The notes under the pieces are model-generated. The model was not told the origin of the DNA and did not search any database. It saw only the letters and a program-made list of their open reading frames with translations. 64,000 bases of DNA, from contig NW_003314319.1 of the NCBI RefSeq assembly GCF_000143415.4, positions 335,181-399,180 on the forward strand, written 5' to 3'. The stretch is from Selaginella moellendorffii. Taxonomy: Eukaryota > Plantae > Lycopodiophyta. Both the position numbers and the translations under genes were made by a program. Position 1 is the first letter of the stretch. Each line of letters opens with the position of its first letter. This document shows, piece by piece, positions 24,746 to 38,837 of the stretch.

Positions 24746-25970
24746 ATGCCTTCCTTTGTTGCAAATGTCAATCAGCAGACTGATGTTCTTCCAAAGGGTG
24801 TCAAAGCTCTCATGGATAATGGCCTCGTTACCATTCCTGGCCGTTATATCAAACCTCCCAGCCACCGAGCTGTGAAGCATTTGATCGTTCCTGGAGTGGA
24901 GATCCCTGTGATTGACATGGCTGCATTGGAGAGTGACCGAGAGAAATTTGTTCAAACTTTGTGCAAGGCTTCGAGTGAATGGGGCATCTTTCAGGTATTT
25001 TGATGTGTACCTGCTCAAAAGGATCATTCATAATATGATGTCACATGCAGGTGATCAACCACGGGATTCCTGTTGCAACCATGCAAGGCATGGTCCATGG
25101 AGTGCTTGAGCTCTTTGATCTTCCTATTGAGGAGAAGATGAAGTATTATACGGAGGAGGTGTTTGTGCCCGTGCGGTACTGCACGAGTATGACACCTTCT
25201 CAAGAGACTCATATGGAGTGGCACGACCACTTTCAGCACTACTTTTCAAACAGAGAAAAAGAGCATCCATGGCCGGAAAAACCAGCCTGCTACAAGTAAA
25301 TGAGCTTGACTAATCTGGATTTCATGAGATTGCTTGGTTTCTTGGATATTGCAGGAGGCTCGCTTCCAGCTATGTTTCAAGCGTGAGACATCTGAGTCAG
25401 ACTCTGATGTCTGCTTTGTCTGAAGGACTCGGGCTGGATTCAAACTGCCTCGCGAAATCGTTTGGAGACTCGGAGATGATCTTGCGATCAAATTACTATC
25501 CGCTGTGCCCAAATCCCGACCTTGCTCTTGGGATGAATGGCCACACCGATAGTGGCGGTTTGACAATCCTGTTTGAAGATCAAGTTGGCGGACTCCAGGC
25601 CAGGAAAGGTGATCTCTGGTACGACTTGAAGCCTATAAAGAATGCATTCATTGTGAACATCGCTGATCAGCTTGAAGTAAGTGACTTGGATTGATTTTTA
25701 TCATGGCTTTGTTCTTTTCCATGCCAGATTTTGAGCAATGGAAAATACAAGAGCATTGAGCACCGAGTCCTTGTCCAGCCTGATCAAACTCGTCTCTCCA
25801 TCGTGGCATTTTGCAATCCATCACGGGATGCTGTGATAGGACCCCTGCCAGAACTTATTGATGAGCAAAACCCGCCACTCTACAAGTCAACCTTATACCA
25901 AGAGCACATCACAAATGTCTACACAAAATATTTGGATGGCAAGCATTCACAAAAGCTCCAAATAAACTAA
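24746..25970 (+). CDS. 2-oxoglutarate/Fe(II) dioxygenase, DOXC class (DMR6/F6'H/flavonoid-2ODD-like), 352 aa; exons 24746-24994, 25051-25295, 25355-25676, 25728-25970
   Basis: WGIFQVINHGIP, HTD...H iron ligands, RLS 2OG motif and three GT-AG introns. This copy has YYPLCP instead of the conserved YYPPCP. Confidence 0.92.
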
Positions 25971-26149
25971 ACCAACGAGCTGTTAACTAAATAAAATAAT
26001 ACAAATAATAAATCTTCTCGCCATCCCCCTGTCAAGGCAGCTCAGTTTCGCAAGATCTGATCCAGGGTCGAGCTCCTTGCCTTATTTTATAAGAGAGAAC
26101 TGTCTCCAAAGATCTCTACAAAGGCAGGATGCTCCACAGCTCCATTCTT

Positions 26150-26647
26150 GCTTCGCCGTTGCTAAGTTCATTTAGTGCTCATGTACGTGGAACTGCAGCA
26201 GGCCTGGAGATCTTCAATATCTACTAGCTTGAAAGATCTATTGTGTTCCTAAACTCTCCAGGCCGAGACACCCCATTATCACGTCGAAGACCCTTCAAGC
26301 ATCCGTGAAGCTTTGCAATCATGGATCAGTGATGCATGGAAGAGGTCCTAGCTCTAGAGGCCCTGGAAGCGCCAAAGTGAAGCAAGTCCAAGAGTGCATT
26401 GGTGGACAGGTTCACGGCCGAGGCAACCCAGCTGCGAATCAACAGTCATGGACAGTGCACTAGTCGTCTATATGAATTGCTTGGCATCATTTGGCCACCT
26501 CATCTCACTGAATCTCAGCACCAATTCACTCTCTGGCACAATCCTTAGATTGCTGGGTGATATTCCAATGCTATGGACGACCTTGAATCTTGATGCTCAA
26601 CTAAATCTGCAAGATCATTAACAAGGAGATTCCAAAATCTCTAGAGA
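26150..26647 (+). pseudogene. LRR receptor-like gene relic
   Basis: LISLNLSTNSLSGTI plant-specific LRR motif with disrupted frames. Confidence 0.65.
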
Positions 26648-27467
26648 ATCTCACAATCAAACTTGCCTAAAGCATTGGCCCACCAACCTTATTTCCCTCT
26701 TAAGTCGGGTTGTGATAACAAGTGTTTCATTGCCATATTATTCGTGTAAACTTTGAAGTGTCTCCCAAGGTAATGTCACCACTCCTTGAGTGTTTTGATC
26801 ACCGCAAATAATTTCTTCTCATGGGTAGGCCACTTTTGCTAAGCTTTCTTCAACTTCTTTGAGAAGAACATTATCTTGCTTCAAAACTGTGCCTAACGCA
26901 AAGTTTGAAGTATCCATTTCTACCTCAAAGTCTTTACCAAAGTTTAGTAATGCCAACACAGGAGCCTTCCTCAACTTCTTTTGAGATGGATAAATGCCAC
27001 CTCGCTGTCCATACCATTTTCCCTTTTCCTGTTTAGTCCATTAAAGGTAGGGGTATTTTTAAATAGTGTTTGAAAACTTTCAGTAGTAGTTACATAACCC
27101 TAACAATGCTCTTAATTTGTGTACATTCAATAGTTATTCCCATTCCTAGATCGCTTAGACCTTTTCAAGATCCACCTTGAGCCCATCTTTGCTTACCACA
27201 TGCCCAAGAAACTTTACCTCTTATTGAGAAAAGTTATATTTGTTCGTTTTAATATATAGTTGGTGTTCTTTTAATTTCTCAAACACCTTCGTCAAGTGTT
27301 CAACATGCTCTTCTAGCGTCTCGCTATAAATCAAGATATCTGTCAATGTAGATGACCACAAAATGCTTTAGGTAAAGTACAAAAATGTGGTTCATCAATG
27401 CCGAGAACGTTCCTAGTGCATTGCACAGCTTAAAGGGCATCATTAGAAACTCAAAACTTCCATTCTA
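26648..27467 (-). mobile_element. Gypsy RT/RNase H fragment at the junction of duplication blocks A and B
   Basis: Minus strand gives MPFxLCNA, VIYID and KFLGHVV; same family as the element at 34140-36000. Confidence 0.8.
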
Positions 27468-27850
27468 AATCTAAAATCGTATGTGTCAAATGATGTGTAA
27501 ACTTTCTCAAAGCTAGAGGTGCAAGTAGTAGCAGTGAAGGACCTTTCAGACAGACTCCACGTCTGGGAGCCATAGTGACGGACCATGACAGCATTGCTGG
27601 CTTAAGTGTTCCCATCAACACCATGCCCATGATGGTGTTTATCAGGTGAATCTCCCACTGTTTGTATGCGTTCTATATATGCTTTTGTTTATACAGGTCT
27701 GTGTTTCGTGCTTTGAGGGAGAGTGAGTGTGCCCGTGTACTCGGGCTGTTCCCGTACCTCCAAGTTTGGCACAACCTCAGCATGAGCCAGGCTACACCAT
27801 GTGCAATCGATGGATCTGATGAACCTCCGCGCCCAAAACCAAAACACTAA
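27468..27850 (+). pseudogene. 3' fragment of the deaminase-like gene
   Basis: Matches 49841-50214; lacks the N-terminus and the CAE motif; carries transition mutations. Confidence 0.85.
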
Positions 27851-29818
27851 TTGCGTATATGGTGTGGTATTAATTCCATAAGGAAACGTGTGAAGTTAAT
27901 AAGTATATAAGCTGTCCTAGATAAATTTCCTTGATTATTCCTTGGTCACGCTCTCTCCAAAAAATCAAATCATCAAAACGAACCTGGAAATTTGGTTGCA
28001 GATAAAAATAATGGAAACTCTGTATGTGAATCGCTGTGGAGAATTCGACAATGCAGCATGTCAGGTGGCTACGCTCAGAGCAAGCAAGTTACGGAAAATG
28101 TAGACTGCAAATGCAATGCTGGCAGCATACGAACCATGCTGGCTTGTAACCTCTTCCTAGACCATTCTCATGCTATGCCCTGGCTGAAGCTGTATTAATC
28201 TTCCAAGGGAAGGGATGCTATGGTCTTTGTGCGCCTGTTGCAGCCGCCTGAGAAACCTTCCAAAGTATGACAGCCGACATCCACATTCAACCGAATTAGT
28301 TCTGCATGGTCGATCTGTTCGGTACAACACGACTTCTGTTTGTTCCCAAAGGATATCTATGCCTGGGAGATCCTACCCGCCTCCTGTACAAACATGCTGG
28401 CCCAGCACTAATATGTACGTGATGCTCGAGAAGCAGAAGCCAAATGTGCTCACTGCTGCTGCTGTAATATCTGTCTCAGTGCATTTACAATATGAGGAAC
28501 CGTTGCCGGACCCGGCTGCACCCATGCTCGTTTTTAACTGTGCCATTTGAAGCTGAAACGCCTTCTTTCCCAACCGGGTTAAGCAATCCGGCGGTTCTAT
28601 CCGCAAAAATCTTAGGTGTGCCGCCAGCTGCAGTGCCCTGGAACAAGATCAGGAGAGAGATTTTATAGGGTATTGACATGGTTAAATGGGGAGCTGGAAC
28701 ACCATAGCCTCAATTGAGATTCTTCAGTATGGATTGACAATGCACCAGATGCTCCATTCCTTTGTTCAGCACTAGCTGTCACAGCTCTGTGGATCCGGCT
28801 GGCTCGAGAACGCCTTTCTTGGCCTTTGCCCCACGAACCGGTTCGAAATTGCTGCGAACATAGAGATGCCAAGCGACTCTCAGGCGTCTTGATCCTGGAG
28901 AAAATCGAAAGTCAAGTTACAAACATATGCAAACAATTGGATGAAATCGAACCTCAGCCCAGACGCTGCTGCATTCGGCTTTTCAAATAAACTGTATCTC
29001 TTTTAGTTCTGGCAAGGCCGAGACCAGCAGCCGGCTCTCCGGAACGAATATCCGAATGAGAACGAGAAGCCTGCCATCCCTAGGGCTTAACGAGCAGACT
29101 TGTAAATCTCGAATATGGCGGATCCAGGTAGCTGCATTTGGCTTCGTGCTGCTGGAAGCGGCTGTGCTGTGTCCAATGCTGGGTGCCTTCGTGTCCTGCC
29201 CAAAGGGTCACCGTTTCAAGATCTGCGCTTCATGCGGGCAACAAAATAAGGCTGGTCTTGTCTCCCACGAGCTCACTCTACTGGTATGTGCTTCAATTAT
29301 CTGCATTTCTCGTGGACTTGAGTGTAAAGCTCCTCAGGATTCGTCTGATTGTAGGATCTTTGCTGCTCATGGAGCTTGCTGTGCTGGTGCAACTATGGGT
29401 GACCATCAAGCAAGAAAAGAGACAGCACTTTTCAGTGAAGCTGGAATCGATGCCGCAATTCTGGTGAATGCTTCCAGCTTGCTTCCTTTGTTCTTCTTAA
29501 AAGAGCGTCCAGGGTGCATGGATGCAGAAGGACCGGACCCAGCGATCAGTCAACTGACAAGTCTCAAGGACATCCTGGTATTGAAATAGAAGACGATATG
29601 ACTTGTTTCGTCTTGTTGCACTGTGTTGAAAGATCACGCTGACTTGACGCTGTTTGCAGATCCAGCAAACTTACGGCCCCATAGCACTAAATTCAAGAGA
29701 GACCTGGATGCTCGTGCAAAAGAAGAAGAGGAACTCTTCTACGTACGTTGGAACTCAGGCGTTCTCATACCGGGTATGTCAGGATTGCTTCGCTTATCTT
29801 CTCTTTTCCGCTTGTTTT

Positions 29819-31935
29819 CTAAATCACGAGTCCGCTTAACAGCTCGGTTCCCAATCTCAACTTGCCGAGGCTTCTGCAAGCCGCCAGCACGGCCCTCCAC
29901 ACCACAGCATCGCCCTCCACTGGAGAGCTTACCACGAAACGTACCATCTCCTCAAACTTCCCGGCTCGCCCTAGAAGATCGACCATGCACACGTAGTACT
30001 TCGCAGCGGGGGCGATCCCATAGTTGCTCCTCATCGACACAAAGCTGCAGTGAGCGTCCTAGAGCCCGGCGTGGCTACACGCCGAGAGGACGCTGACGAA
30101 GTTGATGGAGTTTGGCATGGTGTCGGATCCCATTTGCATCACTCGGAAGAGCGTGAGAGCTCGCACCGCGTGGCCGTGGCGATCGTAGGCTCCCACCATT
30201 GCACTCCAGGTTATCACGTCTTCTCTTCGCAGCTGGAAGAACAGCGTCCAGGCTCCCGTATTTGCTGTAGAGATTGAGCACTGCGTTGCCGAGTAGAACG
30301 TCCAGCTCCACTCCCCTCTCGCAAATCCAGCCGTGGACTCGCTTGCCATCTTTCAAGGAGGAGATCTCCGTGCAGGCAATGATAGCGTTTACGGAAGTGT
30401 GGTTGTTCATCCGGAATCCTTCTAACTGCATGTGTGAATCGAGTACGATTTTTCCATGCTGGTACTGTACGTAGATCGTGATCAAGGCTTTCCACGACGT
30501 CGCATCCTTGTGAGAGATCTTGGCGAAGGCTTCTCGTGCATCAAGCAAGCTCCCACACTTTGCAAACATGTTGACGAGCGCGTTCCCCACGATCTTGTTA
30601 GAGGAGTCATAGCCGGACTCCACGGTGAATCTGTCGGCCCCCGCGCAGAAACGCCGGGGACGAGCACGCATTGAGCGCCGCCAGGAGAGTTACGTTGTTC
30701 GGCCTCACGCTCTCTAGCTGCATGCGCCAAAGAAACACCATCCCCTGCAGTCCTTTTCCATTGCCTTGCTCCGCGAGAGCTGCAATGATCGACGACCAGG
30801 CGACTGCGTCTGGACAATCCATGCTCTGGAAAACTCTCCTCGATTCAAATGCGCTGCCACACCTCCCGGGAATACATGGTTATCAGCGTGTTTCCTACAA
30901 ATGGGACGCTCTGGAAGCCACACTCTTCGATCAAACCGTGGACAAAACATCCAGCCTTGAGGACGCCGCAAGCCTCTAAAACCGCCACGAAAGCTCATCT
31001 GGCTCGACACCATTGAGCAGCATCAGACAAAAACACTCGAGGGAAGACCTCGTTTCCTCGTGTTCTACGTAAGCGCTGATCATGGCAGACCATGCAAACT
31101 TGTTCTTGCAGCTCATCCGCTCAAAAATCTCTCGCGCTTCCGCAAGGCTGCCACACTTTGCATACATATGAACAAGGCTCGTTCCGGCTGTGACGTCCGT
31201 CTCATGGAGAACATCCTCCGGAAGACAAGAGTGAATGAGTCTGCCGGTCTTCAGGAACATTGGGCCGCAGCAAGCCTTGAGGAGTGTAACGAATCCGATT
31301 TTTCCAATCTTGACGCCCTCGAGCTGCATGACAAAGAGCATTTTCACTGCATCCGACTGATGCCCATTTTGGGCATATGCTGAAACAATGGCGTTCCAAG
31401 ACCCTGTGTTTCGGAAATACATTCTATCTAAGAAAGCTCTGGCTTGGTCGATTTGGCTGCATTTTCCATACATGTTGATAATCTCATTTGAGATTATCAC
31501 ATTCTTCTCCAGCCCACGATCCGCTATTATTTTGTGTACCACAATGCCCCCTGCGAGAGCGCCGTGTGTGGGGCAAAGATTGAGCGCTGGCAAGAGGGCG
31601 GTTTGATCCGGGAGAATTCCCTGCTCCTCCATCTCGTTCAGCAGGCCAACAGCCCCTCCGATTGATCCACATGAGCCGTGAGCCGTGATGAGCGCGCTCC
31701 ACGAGAGAGAGCTCCTCTTACTCGCGTCAAGGCTTTGGAACACAGCCTTGGCATCGTCCAAATGCCCGCACTTGCCATACATGTCGATGAGGTGATTCGC
31801 GAGACGCCCATCCCTTTCAAGGCGGCCCAGACGGGAGATATGGGCGTGGAGCTTCCTACCACCATCGACCAATCGCAGGGATGTGCAGGTGAGGAGGAGA
31901 TGGATGAGCTCTTCCGGCTCCAGGCGATCTGGCAA
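29819..31935 (-). pseudogene. PLS-class PPR (E-subclass) pseudogene
   Basis: LIDMYGKCG, SWNAIVSAYAQNG, FVSVLSACSHAGL, YVCMVDLLGRAG and E-motif WRAVLAAC; several frameshifts. Confidence 0.9.
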
Positions 31936-32395
31936 AGATTAAGGGCATACGAAAACAAAGAAGAGAAAGAAAAGGAATGTAGAGAGTATCAATCCTAGTG
32001 CCTCTCGCATGCTAATTGAGCGCTCTAGTAGACTTGGTGGTGAGATTTTCTCTTTGTCCCGAAAGTTTTCTCTCGCATCCTTGGAATCCTTCCATCTTTG
32101 CGATTTCTCTCTCCTTTTGCGATTTGTTTCTAAAACTTTCTTTTTTGCAGGTGCCACCCTTTGTTTTTCTCATCGTTTTGATTAACAATGGGGTCTACCT
32201 TTAGGAAAGATGCCGGAAAAATAAAGTAAATAACTGTTTTATCATCTGTCTTATTGAGAAACTATCCCAGGAAACATAGACAATTATTCAATGGGCGAGT
32301 TTGACTCTACATTTGAAATAATAACTCAAATGATATAAGGAGGAAATGAAAAACATAAAGAAAATGGCAATTTTTCTCCTCATTATCCTAGCAAC

Positions 32396-33130
32396 GGAAG
32401 AAACTGTGTCAGGCAGGGAGACTTGAACAAAGAAAAGTTTTGCTTCTTTCAGTCGGCCATTTTGGTTGTAGACATTGAGCATAATGTTGCATGATCTGGT
32501 GTCAGGGTTCAGGATAGAGGCAAAGATCTCCAAGACCTGCTGCAGTTCCTTGTGAGCCCCATACCTAAGCACCAGGAAGTTGCAATGGCACAGATTGGAA
32601 ACAAGCATGGAGCTGTGGAGCCTGCTGCCCTCCTGGCACATGCCTTGAGACGGTGTCCCAGTTTCTCCACAGATCCATTGCACCATGGGCTCTTGCTGGA
32701 GCTGCCATATTGTGGTGAGAATCTTTCTGAATCCTTCAACAATCATATGATAATATATTCTGGTATATGTTCCAAGATACTAGGGTTCTCTCAGGCATGG
32801 ATTTCCAAGCAGCCATTCGTCCCAAATGCCACGAGCTCTACATTCCATGAGATGACACAGTGTTTTGGACCTGCAAGACTTGAGCGAGGTGCCCCGCTTG
32901 AGAAAACCCTGAAAGTAGTGAGTTCCATGAAAATGGATCCGCATCAAAGCATGTTCATTTCTTCAACGTATCCAAGTTGGGCATTTGCTGCAACAATAGC
33001 ATTCCAGGAGATGATATTGCAGAAAGGCATTTTCTAGAACATGATATTCACAGGATTAATGGAGCTGTTTTGTGCACCAGATGACATCAAAGCAGTCCAA
33101 GAGATCATGTTTCTTTTGATCAAACATAAA
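32396..33130 (-). pseudogene. PPR gene relic truncated at the duplication boundary
   Basis: DTRSCNIMLNVYNQNGRLKEAKLFFVQVSLPDTVS. Confidence 0.7.
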
Positions 33131-33189
33131 CTTTGTGTGATCAACACATTGTTTTGACCATAGGTTGACATTGCGATGTTCCACAACAC

Positions 33190-34135
33190 TTTAAGTGATT
33201 AATTTTTCCATTCTATTTTAGTCATTTAATTACATTTCTGACGATTTAAAGGAGTCTTATTGACAATGTCTATAAATCCAATTTAGGACTTAAGATTTGC
33301 TAGCCTTGAGAATAACATCTATGCCACTCAACTTTTGCATTTGATCCAAATGCTCCATATGTTTGATCCCATGATTAACACCCAAAGGTATCACTAATAT
33401 ATTAATCTGTTACACTAAGGCCATGCCTATTCACCTTTGCCGCATTGGTGGTCCAATACCCCTTGCATCTTAGTCCTATTTTTCCAAGATTGGTTATCCA
33501 TCCATGAGTGGTTCTCCCAAATCCACTCTTCAACATCCTTAAGATGCCCACAAATATAAGGAACAACCTTCCCCAATATCCTTTTTTAGTCCCCACCATG
33601 TCCCTTTCTGTCTATGCCCGTGTTTGCCAACATTGCCACTAAATCAAGGCTTACAAGCTTGACCATTAAGTCCCACTATCGTTTAGGACTTCCTCACCAT
33701 GTGGCCATATCTTTAGTCAGTACCCTAAAGGATTACTCCTCTTCCTTTCCACAATTTAGGACTTTATGACAACATTTTGGAATACTATGGCCCTATATGA
33801 GCCTCATAGGTACTCTCCCCACCTTTTGCATTTGGGTGCTCTAGCCATGGGTTTAAAGTGAAGTTCCGTTGAGCCATGTTAGGTATCCAAGTAAGTAGTG
33901 CCACCCATGCTTGGATTGGGAGCATCGACTATTTGATCTCTTAGGGGAACTAAAGCCAACTCTCGAACACTTCACCAAACTACCTTGCTTGTTGGTTTGT
34001 ATTCACTTTAGTCTTGAACTTCCTAGTGGTTATTTTATCACCCAACACCTAGGTACAGCCTTCTTAGGCCAAATTGACTCTACTAAGGTCCACCACTAAG
34101 GTACAACCCCCACACTCTCCCTACTATACTTTTGG
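33190..34135 (-). mobile_element. Diverged partial LARD-family LTR
   Basis: Similar to 5195-6140 (shared DWEH..FD..GELxPxLEHFTKLP translation). Confidence 0.8.
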
Positions 34136-34139
34136 TGAT

Positions 34140-36870
34140 GAGATGTTTTAAACTTTGTGTTGGGCACAATTTTGAAGCAAGATTAGCATTCTTCTCGAAG
34201 AAGTTGGACAAAACTCAGCAAAAGTGGCTTGCCCACGAGAAGGAATTGTTTGTGGTGATTAAGGCACTCAAGGAGTGGTGACGCTACCTTAAGAGACACT
34301 TCAAAATTTACACAGATAATATGGCAATGAAACACTTGTTAACACAGCCCAACATGAGAGAGAAACAAGGTCAGTGGGCTAATGCTTTGGCCGAGTTTGA
34401 TTGCAAGATTTTGTATAAATCTAGGAAAAACAACATTGTGGTAGATGCTCTAAGTTGAAAAGTGAGCTTGAAGTTAGTGATATCCAGCATGATAAAAACC
34501 TTTTGGAATGATGTGCAAACAGCGTATGAGAACGATGGTCTAGCACAAGAAGTGTTGTTGAGGAACCAAGAGGCACGGGAAGCTCACTAAAGAGGTGAGT
34601 TGCCAACGGAAGAGAAAACAGGCTATGCAAAATGCAATGGACTCATCTATTATAAACAAATGAAAATATATGTTCTAAAAGGGGAACTAAGGAAGGTAGC
34701 CTTAGAAGAATGTCATAATGGACTTCTTGTGGGACACGACAAAGTGCCCGAGACGATGGGCTTATTCAAGAGGAAGTATCACTGGCCAGATATAGCTAAG
34801 GACGTCCAAGATTAATCGTCCATGGAAATGTTTTATGATAGACTTCATCATAAGACTCTCCCCAAATTAGGGGTTTGATGCAATATTTGTGGTGGTGGAC
34901 CAATTTTCAAAGATGGCACATTTCATACCCATTACAATTGAAGTGGATGCAAAAGGTGTGGTGAAGTTGTTCTTCGAATAAGTGGTTCAAGTGTGGGGAA
35001 GGCCAAAAGAGATTATCTCAAATTGAGATAAGATCTTCACTAATAGGTTCTAAAGAACTCTCTTAGAATAACATCGCACCAAATTGAAATTTAGCACAAC
35101 TTATCACCCATAGACAGGTATTAGGTATTAAGTCAAGTTTGATGGCACTAACACTTCTTGACAGATGGACAAACAAAAAGGGTGAATAGGCAGTTGGAGG
35201 ATTATTTATGATGCTATATCTCCAGAGATTAGACTGATTAGGTAAGTCATTTAGGACTTGTGGAAATGTGCTATAAAACACACCACACTCGAGTATTAGG
35301 GTGAGTCTATAGGAAGTCATCAATGGGCGAGCTATTGAAGGTCCTGTGGAACTCAATGTGACCGAGTATCATGGGGAGTCACCCACAGTGGAGGCATTCA
35401 TGGCAGAAAGACTCAACATTTAGAATCTAGTGAAGGATTCCTTGGAACAAGCTCAACAAAGGCAAACCAAATATACAAACCAAAAGCATCGAGATGTAAA
35501 GTTCTAACTTGGGGAGAAGGTGTGATTTAACACCAAGAACTTAAGGCTACCAAGTGGGATTGATTGAAAGCTAACTCAAAGGTAAAAATGCATGTATTCC
35601 TGGAAATTAACTGATCTTGAGTTCCTTAAGCAAGTTTGTGAGACTTTACAAGATTGAGGCACAAATTGATAAGGTGGCTTACTATATTTAACTTCCTCGA
35701 GAGATGAGGAAGATGCACTCTATGTTCCATGTGAACTTACTCAAGCTGTATTTTGAGGATTTGCTTCGCAAGGACCAAATAAAACTTTTACTTAAGGTTA
35801 TCCAAGGGGAAAAGGAATACAAAATCAAAGCCATCCTCAATGCACACAAGAGCAAGTAACAAAGATGTGAGGTGAGGGAGTTCCATGTGAAGTGGAAAGG
35901 ATTTCCACATTGCAAAACAACATGGGAATTAAAGGAAAACTTAGTGAACGTGTGGGATCTAGTAAATGAATTTTTGCAAGGTAGAACTCTATATACTTAT
36001 GCAAAATTCAATTAAAGAATCTATTTAAGAAATTGAGCAATGTCATATGTTAGGACCCGAAGGGGCGCCAAAGATAAGCTAATTAGCATGGGTTAACTAG
36101 GTCAACCAAGCATAAAAAACTACGCTCAACTCCCCACGGGGATGTTAAATCCATAGACTATTCTATGGAAGTTGGGTTCAAGTCCCAACCCTCTAGTAAA
36201 GCAAAGCTAGGTTCAAGTCCCAACCCTATACTAGGGTGTAGTGAGGGGAGGGGGTATAGAGACACCTATATTCCGTTGTCATGGGCTATTGGCTGGAAAG
36301 GCTAACTTAGGCACACCAATGTCCCCGAAAACATGGTACAAGTCATAGGATTAAAAAGAGGTGTTTGATGTGGGCATTGAACTTCTTTTATGGGTGATGG
36401 AGTTGTAAGGAACCAATTCCCCAAGGTGTTGAAAGCTAAAGGATCCCTGAAAATATGACTAAAATGATAAAAAGTTTATCAAATGAGACTAAGTCTAAGA
36501 TCGAGTCCAAGACCAACTCTAAAACCGAGTTTGAGACTGAGTCCAAGATCAAGTATAAGACCGAGTCTGAGACCAAGTTTGAGACCGAGTCCAAGACCAA
36601 CTCTAAGACCAAGTTTGAGACTGTGTCCAAGATCAAGTATGAGACCGAGTCTGAGACCAAGTTTGAGACTGAGTCCAAGACTGAGTTTGAGACCGAGTCC
36701 GAGATCCGAGATCGGATCTAAGACCGAGTCCCAGATCGAGTTCGAGACACGAGATAGAGTCCAAGGTCAGGTCCAAGATTGAGTCCGAGATCGAGTCTGA
36801 GACTGAGTCTAAGACCAAGTCTAAATACTAATATAGGTCATAGGGTGAAAGCCCAAAGCATGTGTCTCCC
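34140..36870 (+). mobile_element. Decayed chromovirus-type Gypsy: RNase H, integrase, chromodomain, PPT and 3' LTR from ~36404
   Basis: [22 protein letters not shown] and EYKIKAIL...FHVKWKGFPHCKTTWE; gggtgatggagt followed by tgtaagg. Confidence 0.8.
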
Positions 36871-37639
36871 GGGGGGGGGGATAGTCTACAGGGATAGTAG
36901 GGATATAATAGGGATAGTGAGGTTTAGGAACTAGTCTTGAAGAAACTCTCTAGTGGTGCTTTCAAATTAATTTGAGGTTGAGATTAGGCTGAAGGGCTTT
37001 GGGTGGGAGTGAGCATGGACTCAAGTGGTGCCAGAGGGGCCACCCAAAGAAATGCTCAAGAGCGGCTCCTGCTCCTAAAAAGGGCATCTCTTTTACTATA
37101 AAATCACCATATCAAAGAAATTATATCCCTCTCTTCCTTCCTAAAGAATATCCTCCCCTCTACATTATGTGCAAACTCAACAACATAGTATGGTATCCAC
37201 TCAAACATAACACTTCTGCTAACTTGGCATACTAAATATCCTCGTCCATGATAAGGCATTCTATGATGGAAAGGGCCTTTGGCAAATGTAGGAATCAGGC
37301 AGTTCCATACTACTTCATTCCAATTGAGCATACTATTAAAGAATTATCTAGCCTGGAAGTAGTGTGAATGCTAGTACATCAAGTTCTAAGTGATTAGATC
37401 CCACTCGCATATACCATCAAACATTAGTTAAGACAAAATATACAAATAAACACAACCCTAGTATTGTGCTTACATGTAGACTCTTTACTCTCCTTAGATC
37501 TCAACATCCTTAGTGTCATCATACTCCATCACTCCCCCTCAACTCAAGTGCTACCTAAAGTTAGAGCTTGATGTGCAAATGTTACCTTATATTCCAACAT
37601 TCCCCCTCTACTTTTAAGGACAAACTTGAGGTGCAGATG

Positions 37640-37930
37640 TTGCTTTATACTATTGTTTTTGTAAGAAGTATTTTTTCATGAAATCCTCTATATCCATGAG
37701 ATCTTCTAATTGCCTAAGGAGATCCACTATACAGTAGTAATGATCTTTACCAAGTTTGATAATAAAATCATTGCCTATCAATTCATTGTGGCTACATTCT
37801 ATGAGGATGCTGACGAAAAATATCTCATTCAATGCTAGAATCATCAATTAGAACTTTTCCACCAACTCCTTCCCTTGCCCATAATGCACAAATGCTGCCA
37901 CTGTTACATTCCACTCTACCAAGGTAAACT
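37640..37930 (-). pseudogene. PPR relic
   Basis: ECSHNEL...HYYCIVDLL. Confidence 0.55.
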
Positions 37931-38837
37931 TACCATTGTATACTAGTAGTCTTTGGTTGCCAAACCAAAGCCAACCATAATGTTTTAATTGCTTTGGTTA
38001 TAGTTTTGTATTCTGCACAAATAGCTAAGTTAAAGAATTTAGAAACATACCTTAGAGAGAATGATATTCTATTGTCTAGATCTTCCACTTCAAAAATTTA
38101 AGTAGCTAAATACACCATCACACTAGCTAAATTCTAGTGTACAGCTCCTTTATCTCCTCTTCAGTGCAAAATCCATCAGCTTTGGAGTTTATGACTTTGC
38201 AATGCTAGAATGGAGTATAGCAATATGGACATTCATGTATGCACAAAAAACTTAAAATAATATATAAGCTTATCAAAATCTGTCATTCATTGTTCCTTAA
38301 TGCCAATGTACTAAAATCATAATCACCAAGTGAGTAGATGTAGGTGTTCCAATCAGTTTAGGCACCTTTAAAATCCAAAGCTAAAAAGAAATTAGAAGTG
38401 TTACGAGATTGGTTAGTACTACTATTCAAATAGTTAGTAATAAAGAATCAACCCCATTGTAGCCAACTAGATTATTGTGATGCAACCTTTTTGCCACTAT
38501 TCATGCATATATAACTCTTTGGATTATGCCCCTAGTTTCGCATAGTGGTTCTAAGAGCTTTCTTTTACATCATCTACAATACACAGAAGTGTTAAATTTA
38601 AATTTGAGGAATACATGAATTTCCAGTTGGTTAGCACTTAAGATACACTTGGAATAAAGAGATAGCTTAGTACTTATGTTATGTTGTGTATAGCTTCAGT
38701 TGGCACAATCTGTACAAAGCTACTCTATGTCCATTGGAGAATGTGGGAATATTCATCACTTTATATATTCCATAGTGAGCATCTCTTTCCCAATATCTTG
38801 TTTTGCCTGTGATCATATGACAAATGTTTGAAGGGAA

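Larger units (their letters stand above)
21010..26647. repeat. Segmental duplication block A, inverted copy of 39772-45316
   Basis: Mirror ORFs with a constant coordinate sum of 66419 across MFS and 2ODD. Confidence 0.97.
27468..32395. repeat. Segmental duplication block B, inverted copy of 45317-50214
   Basis: Mirror ORFs with coordinate sum 77691; ends on the BSP 5' codons. Confidence 0.97.
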
